Origin: a virus
Taxonomy: Duplodnaviria; Heunggongvirae; Uroviricota; Caudoviricetes; Demerecviridae
IMG/VR virus record: IMGVR_UViG_2974597248_000001
Coordinates: 49,479-113,478 of that record
Length of the DNA stretch: 64,000 nucleotides
Strand: one strand, 5' to 3'
Shown piece by piece: positions 1 through 7,730 of the stretch. The position numbers and the translations under genes were made by a program. Numbering within the stretch: the stretch's first letter is position 1; each line of letters opens with the position of its first letter. The notes below the pieces were generated by a model. The model had not been told where the DNA came from, searched no databases, and was given only the letters and a program-made list of their open reading frames with translations.

Positions 1-55
1 AACTCCCCAGTTTCTGGGGAGTAATCAAATAACTCTTTTAGCCTTTCCTGTGTTA

Positions 56-1531
56 TCATATATCGCTGGCCTGTTCACCTGTTGAATTTTCAGTTTTGTC
101 TTTCTTAGCACGTTTAGGTTGAGCCGGCTTATCCTTCTCAATAGGGATAACGAACTCGGCTTCCATTTGAGATATATCTTCCATTGCTAGGTTGGTAGTG
201 TTATCCATTCGCAGAGTTTCCCAGTTCATTTTAGGCATAAACTTCACGCTATCAGAAGAACGAGTCTTAACGAAGTCAAACATAATAGCACCTTGACCAT
301 TATCAGCTTTTGCAGCATTAAGATTAGCAGCCATGTCTGCGGAATCAAGAATCCCCTTTGACATACGTGTTCTACCATCCTGATCGATCTGGTAAGGAGC
401 TACACCAGCCACGTTATGTTTCTGGCAGATAGATTTGAAAGACGAACTAACAACCATCTGTTCTTTCCAGTCATACATATCAATGGTTTTAGAGTCTGGA
501 AGTCGGGTTTGGTTAATATAGTCCAGTAAAGCTACTGTAACTTTATCTCCATATCTAGCAACTAGTTTATTTAATTCTACGTCAACTGTTGTAATAGACA
601 GCTCAGGGTCATAAACAATAATCATAGGAGTATGTAGCTCATACCCTTCTATTAGTTTACTCTCCATATCGTAGAAATCACTCATCTTAGCCATTGTGTA
701 CTGTTTAACGAAGCTATCGAAGAGCTCTTCACCTCCATTAAACATTCTAGCTCTAGTTCTGGCTAATCTCAATAGAGCTGCACCTTCTAGAGTATTATTA
801 CGCATTGCTAATGCTGATACACCAGCTAACATGGCTAGATTACGTCTAAATACTTCATGTTCTTTCATCTCAATTGAGAAGTATGGAGCAATATCCCCAT
901 TCAAATATTGCTGAACCTGTATGTTTGAACAGATAATGGATTTACCAGTACCACGCCAACCACCAAGCAGTAACGTTTCTGTGCGAGCTAAACCAATTTG
1001 AGCGTCGAACTCATTACAAATACCAAGAGCGATTAAGTTCAGTTTGGTATCTTCTTCTCTCTGGAAAATACGCATGTTATCTGCGTTGAATACTTTTCCA
1101 GTATTCGTTACTTTCTCTTCTAATTTTAAGTGAAGGGAGGCAACTCGGTTGAGAATTTCTCCCTGATCCAGCATTGTTAAATCTTGAAGCACGTCTGTTT
1201 CTAGAAGCTTCAGGAATAGATCCTGCGTATATTCGGCTTCTAGGACTTCAAGTGCCTGTTCCATGCTCACTTCTGGAATTTGAGTGTTAGCTAAGACGAC
1301 TAGAGCTTGAGAAAGGCGGGCGTTCCTATTAGCTTCAAGCATAAGTGCGTCAATGGACGGCATTGTGTTATATTTTTTATAATAATTCTGGACGGCTTGG
1401 TAAATTGAGGAGAAAGCGTCATTAAAATGATCTTTATGCAGTTTTGAGAATGTTTCCAATGCTATTTGCTTCTGTTCGGAAGCTAGAAGCATCTTCAACA
1501 CTACAGCTTGCACGTTAAACAAGGTCATTCT
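56..1531 (-). CDS. P-loop ATPase, replicative helicase-like (DnaB/RecA fold)
   Basis: Walker A motif GGWRGTGKS. A strong RBS (AAGGAG) precedes the ATG at 1531. The ORF-track frame extends to 1579. Confidence 0.6.
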   Translation of the reverse strand, partial: RMTLFNVQAVVLKMLLASEQKQIALETFSKLHKDHFNDAFSSIYQAVQNYYKKYNTMPSIDALMLEANRNARLSQALVVLANTQIPEVSMEQALEVLEAEYTQDLFLKLLETDVLQDLTMLDQGEILNRVASLHLKLEEKVTNTGKVFNADNMRIFQREEDTKLNLIALGICNEFDAQIGLARTETLLLGGWRGTGKSIICSNIQVQQYLNGDIAPYFSIEMKEHEVFRRNLAMLAGVSALAMRNNTLEGAALLRLARTRARMFNGGEELFDSFVKQYTMAKMSDFYDMESKLIEGYELHTPMIIVYDPELSITTVDVELNKLVARYGDKVTVALLDYINQTRLPDSKTIDMYDWKEQMVVSSSFKSICQKHNVAGVAPYQIDQDGRTRMSKGILDSADMAANLNAAKADNGQGAIMFDFVKTRSSDSVKFMPKMNWETLRMDNTTNLAMEDISQMEAEFVIPIEKDKPAQPKRAKKDKTENSTGEQASDI

Positions 1532-1559
1532 CCTTTGCACGCTTTCGTGCCTTCTAAAT

Positions 1560-1592
1560 GCAAAAAGGGGAAGGAGCATAGCCCCCTCCCCT
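1560..1592 (-). terminator. hairpin plus U-tract between the HTH-protein gene and the helicase-like gene (possible attenuator)
   Basis: On the minus strand: GGGGAGGGGGCTATGCTCCTTCCCC followed by TTTTTG. Confidence 0.45.
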
Positions 1593-1610
1593 TAGGTTTA
1601 ATTTACCAGA

Positions 1611-2378
1611 TTATTCAGCAGCCGCAGCTTTTGCATCCAGTTTAGCACGCTTAGCAGCACCATCATAGTCCTTAGCAACCAGACCACGACGAGACAGCAT
1701 AGATTTAACACCGCGCTCAGACTTACCAGTTTTCTCAGCGATCTCAGCAACAGTCATATTGACCAGATCCAGACCTTCTAACAGATCTTCACGAGTTTTA
1801 GCACTTGAGGTTTCCTGTACCGGCATAGCAGCGATACGACCTTCACGAAGCAGGCTCAGAGCTTTACCACGGATCTGCTTGATATTACGACCGAAGTGAG
1901 CAGCGATAGCTTCAATAGTAGCACCAGCAACAACCTGATTAACAAAATCAGTTTCTTCGTCCGGAGTGAAGGAACGAACAGCAGCAGCTTTTTCGGTTGG
2001 TTTAACAGAAGCGGTCATTTCCAGACTCAGAATCTTACCCTGTACCTGCTTAGCACCGAACTGACCACCAGCTACAGCAGCAGCGATTTCAGCATAGGTA
2101 TACTGACCAGCATGAGCGTTCAGGAAATCAACCAGTTCAGCTTCCTGCTCAGGAGTCCACGGGGATTTCTGTACTTCATTAGCTTTCTGTACTTCAAAAC
2201 CTTCTTTACGCAGTTTAGAGCCAACAGAGCGAGCAGTAACATCTTTGCCAGTTTCAGCGGCCAGTTCAGCAGCGATAGCAGCTACTTGTTCTTGAGAGAT
2301 TACAGAAACACCCAGAGCAGTGGCTTTTGCTTTCAGAGACTCGGTTACACCTTCTACGTTCCAGTTCAGTTTAGACAT
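1611..2378 (-). CDS. DNA-binding protein with three tandem HTH-like repeats (sigma region-4-like; T5 D5-like?)
   Basis: Three repeats of the form TxAEIAxxxGxxxxxIxGKxLSL are visible in the translation. Confidence 0.5.
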   Translation of the reverse strand: MSKLNWNVEGVTESLKAKATALGVSVISQEQVAAIAAELAAETGKDVTARSVGSKLRKEGFEVQKANEVQKSPWTPEQEAELVDFLNAHAGQYTYAEIAAAVAGGQFGAKQVQGKILSLEMTASVKPTEKAAAVRSFTPDEETDFVNQVVAGATIEAIAAHFGRNIKQIRGKALSLLREGRIAAMPVQETSSAKTREDLLEGLDLVNMTVAEIAEKTGKSERGVKSMLSRRGLVAKDYDGAAKRAKLDAKAAAAE

Positions 2379-3153
2379 TATTATTTTTCTCCAATAGTTC
2401 TTTAATCGACAGGATTTCTATCCCATTCGTTTCGGCTTTCTTATAAGATGAGGAAGAACGTTTTGATTCATCCTCACAGATCAGGTATTTGACGTCTTTG
2501 GTAACGGATTTCTTAACCGTATATCCTAGACCTTCTAAATAGTTTGTTGCATCCGTTCTATTTGCAAAATCTTGCAAAGATCCGGTAATACATACCGCGA
2601 TTCCATTTGGCTGGGCAACTAACTCATCTGTAATGATGATGTCAGCTTTCGCACCCTTAATACCAGCTGAGAATTTCCACGGTAGTTCGATAACATCCTT
2701 GCCTTGTGGGGAATTTAGCCAGGCTCTATAGTTTTCTCCAGCCTTGCCGTCAGCCTTCACATCGTGGAAGCTAGTGCAATTTTGGGATAATTTCTTTGCT
2801 GCAACCTCTCCAATTAGAGGGATTCCTAAAGAACCGAGAACTGAACCAAAGTCAATGTCTCCGCGAACTTTAGTATTTAATTCGCTAATTAACTTAGCGG
2901 CAACCTTGCTACCCACGGCTCTAACCAAATCTTCTTCGGTTAGGTAAAATAGTTCTGAAATCTTCGTCAGCTCCAGCTTCTCAATAGTTTTTGGACCAAA
3001 GCCCTTTAACTTCATTTTTGTACAGAAGTTCTCAATTAACTTACTTGATTGCGCTGGACAGTTGGACTTATTCCTACAGAATAATTGTCCGTTGACAAGA
3101 TCTAGCTTAGAACCACAAGAGGGACATTGTGTTGGAATTTCGATTTTCATCAA
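2371..3153 (-). CDS. NAD-dependent DNA ligase, C-terminal subunit (Cys4 Zn finger, HhH, BRCT)
   Basis: The translation has CPSCGS...CRNKSNCP (Zn finger), FGPKTIEKL (HhH) and a BRCT-like C-terminus. It is separated from the adenylation subunit by a 200-bp spacer containing a promoter. Confidence 0.75.
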   Translation of the reverse strand: MMKIEIPTQCPSCGSKLDLVNGQLFCRNKSNCPAQSSKLIENFCTKMKLKGFGPKTIEKLELTKISELFYLTEEDLVRAVGSKVAAKLISELNTKVRGDIDFGSVLGSLGIPLIGEVAAKKLSQNCTSFHDVKADGKAGENYRAWLNSPQGKDVIELPWKFSAGIKGAKADIIITDELVAQPNGIAVCITGSLQDFANRTDATNYLEGLGYTVKKSVTKDVKYLICEDESKRSSSSYKKAETNGIEILSIKELLEKNNNV

Positions 3154-3180
3154 ATTTCTTCCTTATCAATTTATATAAAT

Positions 3181-3209
3181 ATTATAGCAAGTATTTAAGC
3201 ATTTAGCAA
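3181..3209 (-). promoter_or_regulatory. T5-early-type sigma70 promoter between the two ligase halves
   Basis: The reverse complement reads TTGCTA-17-TATAAT, followed by ATTTATATAAATTGATAAGGAAG. Confidence 0.6.
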
Positions 3210-3352
3210 CTACAATTTTAACTAACTTTGCTTACCCTCGCCATAACTTTCTATCCCTCAACTGAATGATAATAGTATATACCTAAGCGGCGAAAATGTC
3301 AATAACCACTTTATAATTCCGATATGGTAGATGGGTAGCAAAGGGTTATGTA

Positions 3353-4324
3353 TTAATCATATACTCGCTCTACTATGCACGGGATTACACCACCCGCACG
3401 AATTACTCGAATCTGGCAACCGATCTCTAGATCGAGAGAGTTAATATAATCAACGTTATTAAGAGTTGCTTTAACAATTGTAGCATCATCAATAATTACC
3501 GGTTCGAAATAACCAACTGGGGTTACTTTACCAGAAGCCCCTACCTGCCATTCAACTTTAGTAAGAGTTGTAATCTCGCCTTCTTCATCTTCTTTAATAG
3601 CGAATGCGCCACGAGGAAATTTATTAGTCCAGCCTTCTCGGAAGAATTTGTTGTTGTCATTAATACGAACAACTTTACCATCCGTCGGAATCCATTTAAA
3701 GAAGGAGCGCACATTAACAACTGTTAAGAAATCTTCATTCTCTAGCCAAAGCATATCTTTTAAATACGATTCTGTAATACCTACAGATTCAGCAGAACAC
3801 TGGATACCATATGCAACGAAGATTAAACCGCCTTCTCCGATACGTTGTACGAAATCATCACTATCTTTGAGGTTAATAGCACCAGAGGCAAAGTTACGTT
3901 TATTTTCTACTTCTTTTGTAATTAGAACTTCACCAGTGATTTGGGTAGGTACTTTTTGGGAAATCTTTTTAGGGATGTTCAGCAATCTTACGTTGCTTGT
4001 GACATCATTCCCTAGAATACCATTACCACGAGTTAGTGCTTGAACAAATTCTCCATTAATATATAACAGAGAAATTGCACAACCATCTAACTTATCAGTT
4101 TCTACCTGTCCTAGTGGGTTAAACGGAGGTTTATCTCCACGATTATAATAAACTTTCTGTAAAGAATACATACGATACATATGTGGAATATCGCCTTTAG
4201 GCCCGATCTCTTCTTCTAACGGAAATCTTTTAATCAGACGATCATATTCTTCGTCAGAGATTAAAGACATGCCTTGATAATATGCTTCTTGACAGCGTTT
4301 AATAAATTCTTTTACATTAGTCAT
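3353..4324 (-). CDS. NAD-dependent DNA ligase, N-terminal subunit (adenylation domain with KLDG, plus OB fold)
   Basis: ETDKLDGCAISLLY is the LigA motif I with the active lysine. An OB-domain-like C-terminus follows, and the ORF stops before the Zn finger. Confidence 0.8.
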   Translation of the reverse strand: MTNVKEFIKRCQEAYYQGMSLISDEEYDRLIKRFPLEEEIGPKGDIPHMYRMYSLQKVYYNRGDKPPFNPLGQVETDKLDGCAISLLYINGEFVQALTRGNGILGNDVTSNVRLLNIPKKISQKVPTQITGEVLITKEVENKRNFASGAINLKDSDDFVQRIGEGGLIFVAYGIQCSAESVGITESYLKDMLWLENEDFLTVVNVRSFFKWIPTDGKVVRINDNNKFFREGWTNKFPRGAFAIKEDEEGEITTLTKVEWQVGASGKVTPVGYFEPVIIDDATIVKATLNNVDYINSLDLEIGCQIRVIRAGGVIPCIVERVYD

Positions 4325-4597
4325 TTATTCTACCTCATAGTACGTGGGCTGTCTAGTGAATCCGTGCCATGTAAAATTTTTGCAGAGATGCAAATACGTG
4401 GTTTTTACTAGCCTATCTGACAATGGAGAGTATATTTCAGCTGTTAATACTTCTTTTTCGTAATGAAGTGAAATCAGCTTATACCCACTTCTAATTTTAG
4501 TATACTTTTCTCCATTAATCTTCTCCTCCCACATAAGTATAAGAGGCTGTCCGATATATGGGAAAGGTTTAAGTGTACTTATATTTATCTTTTTCAC
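4325..4597 (-). CDS. hypothetical protein
   Basis: ORF directly abutting the ligase gene; a promoter lies upstream at 4628-4656. Confidence 0.5.
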   Translation of the reverse strand: MKKINISTLKPFPYIGQPLILMWEEKINGEKYTKIRSGYKLISLHYEKEVLTAEIYSPLSDRLVKTTYLHLCKNFTWHGFTRQPTYYEVE

Positions 4598-4627
4598 TTT
4601 GCAACCCTCTCATTAATTTATATAAAT

Positions 4628-4656
4628 ATTATATAACAAAACTGAGTTGAAAGCAA
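4628..4656 (-). promoter_or_regulatory. T5-early-type sigma70 promoter
   Basis: The reverse complement reads TTGCTT-17-TATAAT. Confidence 0.55.
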
Positions 4657-4662
4657 ATACAT

Positions 4663-4974
4663 TTATTCTTTTTCCGCCAGGCGTTTAGCTTCTTTTTCTA
4701 CTTCTAATAAAACCTCACTATTAGATAATATTTTAGTAAATGCCTTAAATAAATGAGATGTTGTTTCTAGAGTGTATGGCATACTGAATCCACTTTTTGT
4801 TGGAAACCATTCACCTTCTATATCTTGGAGCCAGTACCTAATTCCTAAGTATAGATTCCCCCTAAACTCAGATACAGTTAGCCTAACCTGTTGGCCATCT
4901 TCTCTCTCCCAGATAACTATGGACTGATCATCTACATGTCCAACATAATCCTGATTTACATTATCTCCTGACAT
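4663..4974 (-). CDS. hypothetical protein
   Basis: ORF of 103 aa. Confidence 0.5.
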   Translation of the reverse strand: MSGDNVNQDYVGHVDDQSIVIWEREDGQQVRLTVSEFRGNLYLGIRYWLQDIEGEWFPTKSGFSMPYTLETTSHLFKAFTKILSNSEVLLEVEKEAKRLAEKE

Positions 4975-5621
4975 TTTATTGCTCCCTGACTTAGGAGATA
5001 TTCCTCTGCCTCCTCTGGTTGAATACTGAAAAACTCAGTAGAACCGTCAAATATTGACTCTGTAAATATCTGCATACTAGAAAAGAATTGATGGGCTTTA
5101 TTTTCTAGGGTATATGCAGAGCCTTCATAAGAGTATACCCCATGTATACTCAGATCCACCAAATTAGAATCTTTTTTGATCTCTTGAAGTCTTCTATCTG
5201 GGTTTTTAGATGTTCCTATTTTTGTTCCTAGCTGCGGGCTATAAAATAGATACAAATAGCTTGTAGCCGCACAGATAGGGCAAGATCTTCTAGCATTTTT
5301 AATCTTATCCACGCTGCTAGCCCATCTATGTCCTTCTACACACTCGAACTCTGCTTGACTACGGGAATTAATATAGGGAGATACAAGTTTTATGCCCATA
5401 CTAGCTAGCTGTTGGTTTATTTGCTCTACAGTAAGCTTAGCTTTATTACTACAATGTGGGCAACCACTACCCTTTCTTATATTATTTAGGTAAGCTTTCC
5501 ATTGGTGGCCCTTTAAGCATTTAAACATGGCTGGTGTTCTTATGTTAACCCATTCACTTACTATACTAAAGCCTCGTGACTCTAACTCTTTATTTATTTG
5601 TTTTGCTGTTAACTTTTTCAC
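4956..5621 (-). CDS. T5orf172-domain (GIY-YIG-like) protein with two Zn-ribbon repeats
   Basis: Two CxxGHxW...GCPxC repeats, followed by YLYLFYS...IGTSKNPDRRLQEI, which matches the T5orf172/GIY-YIG-like pattern. Confidence 0.7.
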   Translation of the reverse strand: MKKLTAKQINKELESRGFSIVSEWVNIRTPAMFKCLKGHQWKAYLNNIRKGSGCPHCSNKAKLTVEQINQQLASMGIKLVSPYINSRSQAEFECVEGHRWASSVDKIKNARRSCPICAATSYLYLFYSPQLGTKIGTSKNPDRRLQEIKKDSNLVDLSIHGVYSYEGSAYTLENKAHQFFSSMQIFTESIFDGSTEFFSIQPEEAEEYLLSQGAIKCQEIM

Positions 5622-5640
5622 TATACTTTATATACAACAA

Positions 5641-5664
5641 AGGAGAGCCGAAGCTCTCCTTTTC
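5641..5664. terminator. palindromic hairpin, possibly a bidirectional terminator
   Basis: AGGAGAGC-CGAA-GCTCTCCT flanked by T-runs. Confidence 0.4.
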
Positions 5665-5668
5665 TTTA

Positions 5669-5959
5669 TTATTTTTTACCTACTGGCGTAGCTCTATCAA
5701 GTTCACTAGACAATGAAGTGATACGTTTTACCTTATTTACCGGGATGAATCGGAAGCTATCATTAGTACGGCTAAATACTAGAATCTCGTCGTCTTTTGG
5801 TTGGCGAATACGCTCCTGGGCGAATCGTTTACTGAGATACTTATCAGAAAAGTCCATAGTACCTTGAAGATACGTAGTACCTTTTTGACGTAATTTCTCA
5901 TAATGAAGGTAGAACTCGTTATGAGCTTCACATGCGGAGATGATTTCTTGTTTATTCAT
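5669..5959 (-). CDS. hypothetical protein
   Basis: ORF of 96 aa. Confidence 0.5.
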   Translation of the reverse strand: MNKQEIISACEAHNEFYLHYEKLRQKGTTYLQGTMDFSDKYLSKRFAQERIRQPKDDEILVFSRTNDSFRFIPVNKVKRITSLSSELDRATPVGKK

Positions 5960-5974
5960 GCAAAAATCCCCTTA

Positions 5975-6385
5975 TTACTTAGTGATAGCTCGGATTGCTT
6001 CTGCCAGATGAGCGGCTGCTTTACCGGTCAGTTTGTCGATAATTGCATCATCCAGAAAATCTGGTGCTAAGCCAGCATCAGAGAATGCTGAACGAAGGTC
6101 GGCATGAGCTTGGGCTTTGGAGGTACGAGAACCACCGGAAGCTTTTTCTCCAGTAGATGCGCTAGATTTAGAAGCGGAGCCAGCAGCTTTCTTGATATAC
6201 AAACCTGCTTTAGTTAGCTTCATACGAAAACCGTTCGGAGTTACACCATTTTCCTGGGCAATTTCGCTAACAATTTCCATGCTAACACCAGGACGTTCAT
6301 CCTCTGGGAATTGCTCCATACGAGCAACGTATTCGGAAGACATTTTTTCGAACAGTTCATCAGTCCACTGAGTTGGAGTAGTCAT
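5975..6385 (-). CDS. hypothetical protein
   Basis: ORF of 136 aa; promoter upstream at 6443-6471. Confidence 0.55.
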   Translation of the reverse strand: MTTPTQWTDELFEKMSSEYVARMEQFPEDERPGVSMEIVSEIAQENGVTPNGFRMKLTKAGLYIKKAAGSASKSSASTGEKASGGSRTSKAQAHADLRSAFSDAGLAPDFLDDAIIDKLTGKAAAHLAEAIRAITK

Positions 6386-6442
6386 ATTTTATATTTCCTT
6401 AATTAAGAATTAAACAGAATAGTTCTTTCAAACTATGAGAAT

Positions 6443-6471
6443 ATTATATCAAGAATTATAGGATTAAGCAA
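6443..6471 (-). promoter_or_regulatory. T5-early-type sigma70 promoter
   Basis: The reverse complement reads TTGCTT-17-TATAAT. Confidence 0.55.
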
Positions 6472-6491
6472 CTGAAATTTTTCAGTAATTG

Positions 6492-6746
6492 CTACACATC
6501 TAGCTCAACGATCTCCCAATCATCCGCCAGAGCTTCTTCTAGGGTAAGGTTTACTTGACGGATAAGTGGGGATTCCATACCGTTCTCCCACACATGTTCG
6601 GTCACTGTACCCTGCTCTACGTTAAATTCTAAAACTACTGTAAAGTATTTATTATTTTCCCAACTATCCCGCTGGAGATATTTTACATCTCCATCTTTAA
6701 GCAAATCTGTTAGCTTACTCACGGCGTTTTCCTTTTTCTTTATCAA
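6492..6746 (-). CDS. hypothetical protein
   Basis: ORF of 84 aa. Confidence 0.45.
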   Translation of the reverse strand: MIKKKENAVSKLTDLLKDGDVKYLQRDSWENNKYFTVVLEFNVEQGTVTEHVWENGMESPLIRQVNLTLEEALADDWEIVELDV

Positions 6747-7419
6747 GTTTCAGGGCAGCCTTAACAGCTTCGTTAATCAACGTAATAATTTCTTCACGAG
6801 TCCATTTATACCCCAGAGATTTTACGTCAACCCCTAACTTTTCCAGATGTTTAACAGAAGCCAGCTCGTAATTCATATAATGGACGTTCTGTTGTTTGCC
6901 TTCTGATAGAAGCCATACACGGTAGCAACCAACAGGATTATCCATTGCTTTTTTGATTTCACCGATACACTGGTATCCAGGAACCCAAACAAGCTCACCA
7001 ACTGCAAATTCTTCTGCTACAGCATCATCAGGAATAATCGGAGGGTTCAATGGGTCTACAATATCATTCAAACGAAGCAGCGCACCATAGCGGTCCAAAA
7101 CAGATTTAACCATTGCTACAGAACGATAATTACGATCGGCAATTTCTTCAAAAGAATCACCAGATAAATACTGCTCAATAACGTTAGCTAACTCAATACC
7201 TTCAATGAGTGTGCCACGTTTCTTTTTCTTCATTTCGGCAACTTGAATCTGGCGGTCTTGCCATTCTTCAATCATCCTTTCCATAGTTGGATTGGATGAT
7301 ACTCCGAGCATTTCACATGCTGCTTTCTTAGTCCCACCGTTCTCCAGATGCTCTATAACCTTTTTAAAGACTTCATCCGGGATTTCATGGATATGTTTCT
7401 TTCTACGAGAACCAGCCAT
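6715..7419 (-). CDS. putative HTH DNA-binding regulator
   Basis: The N-terminus has an HTH-like segment (GGTKKAACEMLGVSSNPTMERMIEEW). A promoter lies upstream at 7451-7479. Confidence 0.5.
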   Translation of the reverse strand: MAGSRRKKHIHEIPDEVFKKVIEHLENGGTKKAACEMLGVSSNPTMERMIEEWQDRQIQVAEMKKKKRGTLIEGIELANVIEQYLSGDSFEEIADRNYRSVAMVKSVLDRYGALLRLNDIVDPLNPPIIPDDAVAEEFAVGELVWVPGYQCIGEIKKAMDNPVGCYRVWLLSEGKQQNVHYMNYELASVKHLEKLGVDVKSLGYKWTREEIITLINEAVKAALKLDKEKGKRRE

Positions 7420-7450
7420 ATTTAAACTCCTCTCTCAAATTTATGAATCT

Positions 7451-7479
7451 ATTATACAGAAATTTTTTGCACTATGCAA
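7451..7479 (-). promoter_or_regulatory. T5-early-type sigma70 promoter
   Basis: The reverse complement reads TTGCAT-17-TATAAT, followed by AGATTCATAAATTTGAGAG. Confidence 0.55.
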
Positions 7480-7487
7480 ATAAATTT

Positions 7488-7730
7488 TTATGATTCCTTG
7501 AGCAAAGAAGCAAGTTCAGCATAGACTTTATTTAACTCAAAGCCGATGCGAAGAGACACGTTGGTTTTCCGTTGTTTAAGTAACCACTCGGATATGTTAG
7601 GGATGCCAGCTAATCTATGCGGTACCACCCTACATAGCTTTTCCGAAGTGTCGTAAACAGGAACTTTACGTTCTTTTACCGGAAACTTCCTTGTTTCCCA
7701 TTTTTTATTCTTAACTGTCATTTCTAGCAC
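7488..7730 (-). CDS. hypothetical protein
   Basis: ORF of 80 aa. Confidence 0.4.
   Translation of the reverse strand: MLEMTVKNKKWETRKFPVKERKVPVYDTSEKLCRVVPHRLAGIPNISEWLLKQRKTNVSLRIGFELNKVYAELASLLKES

Noticed and set aside
696-914. Plus-strand ORFs embedded in minus-strand genes (696..914, 1896..2405, 2744..2947, 3648..4043, 7292..7483, 7753..7986, 8088..8574 area, 9107..9478, 10067..10270, 11173..11355, 13035..13247, 13941..14183, 14364..14585, 15076..15348).
   Set aside because: These are shadow ORFs on the antisense strand of well-supported genes. They have no RBS or promoter and low-complexity translations.
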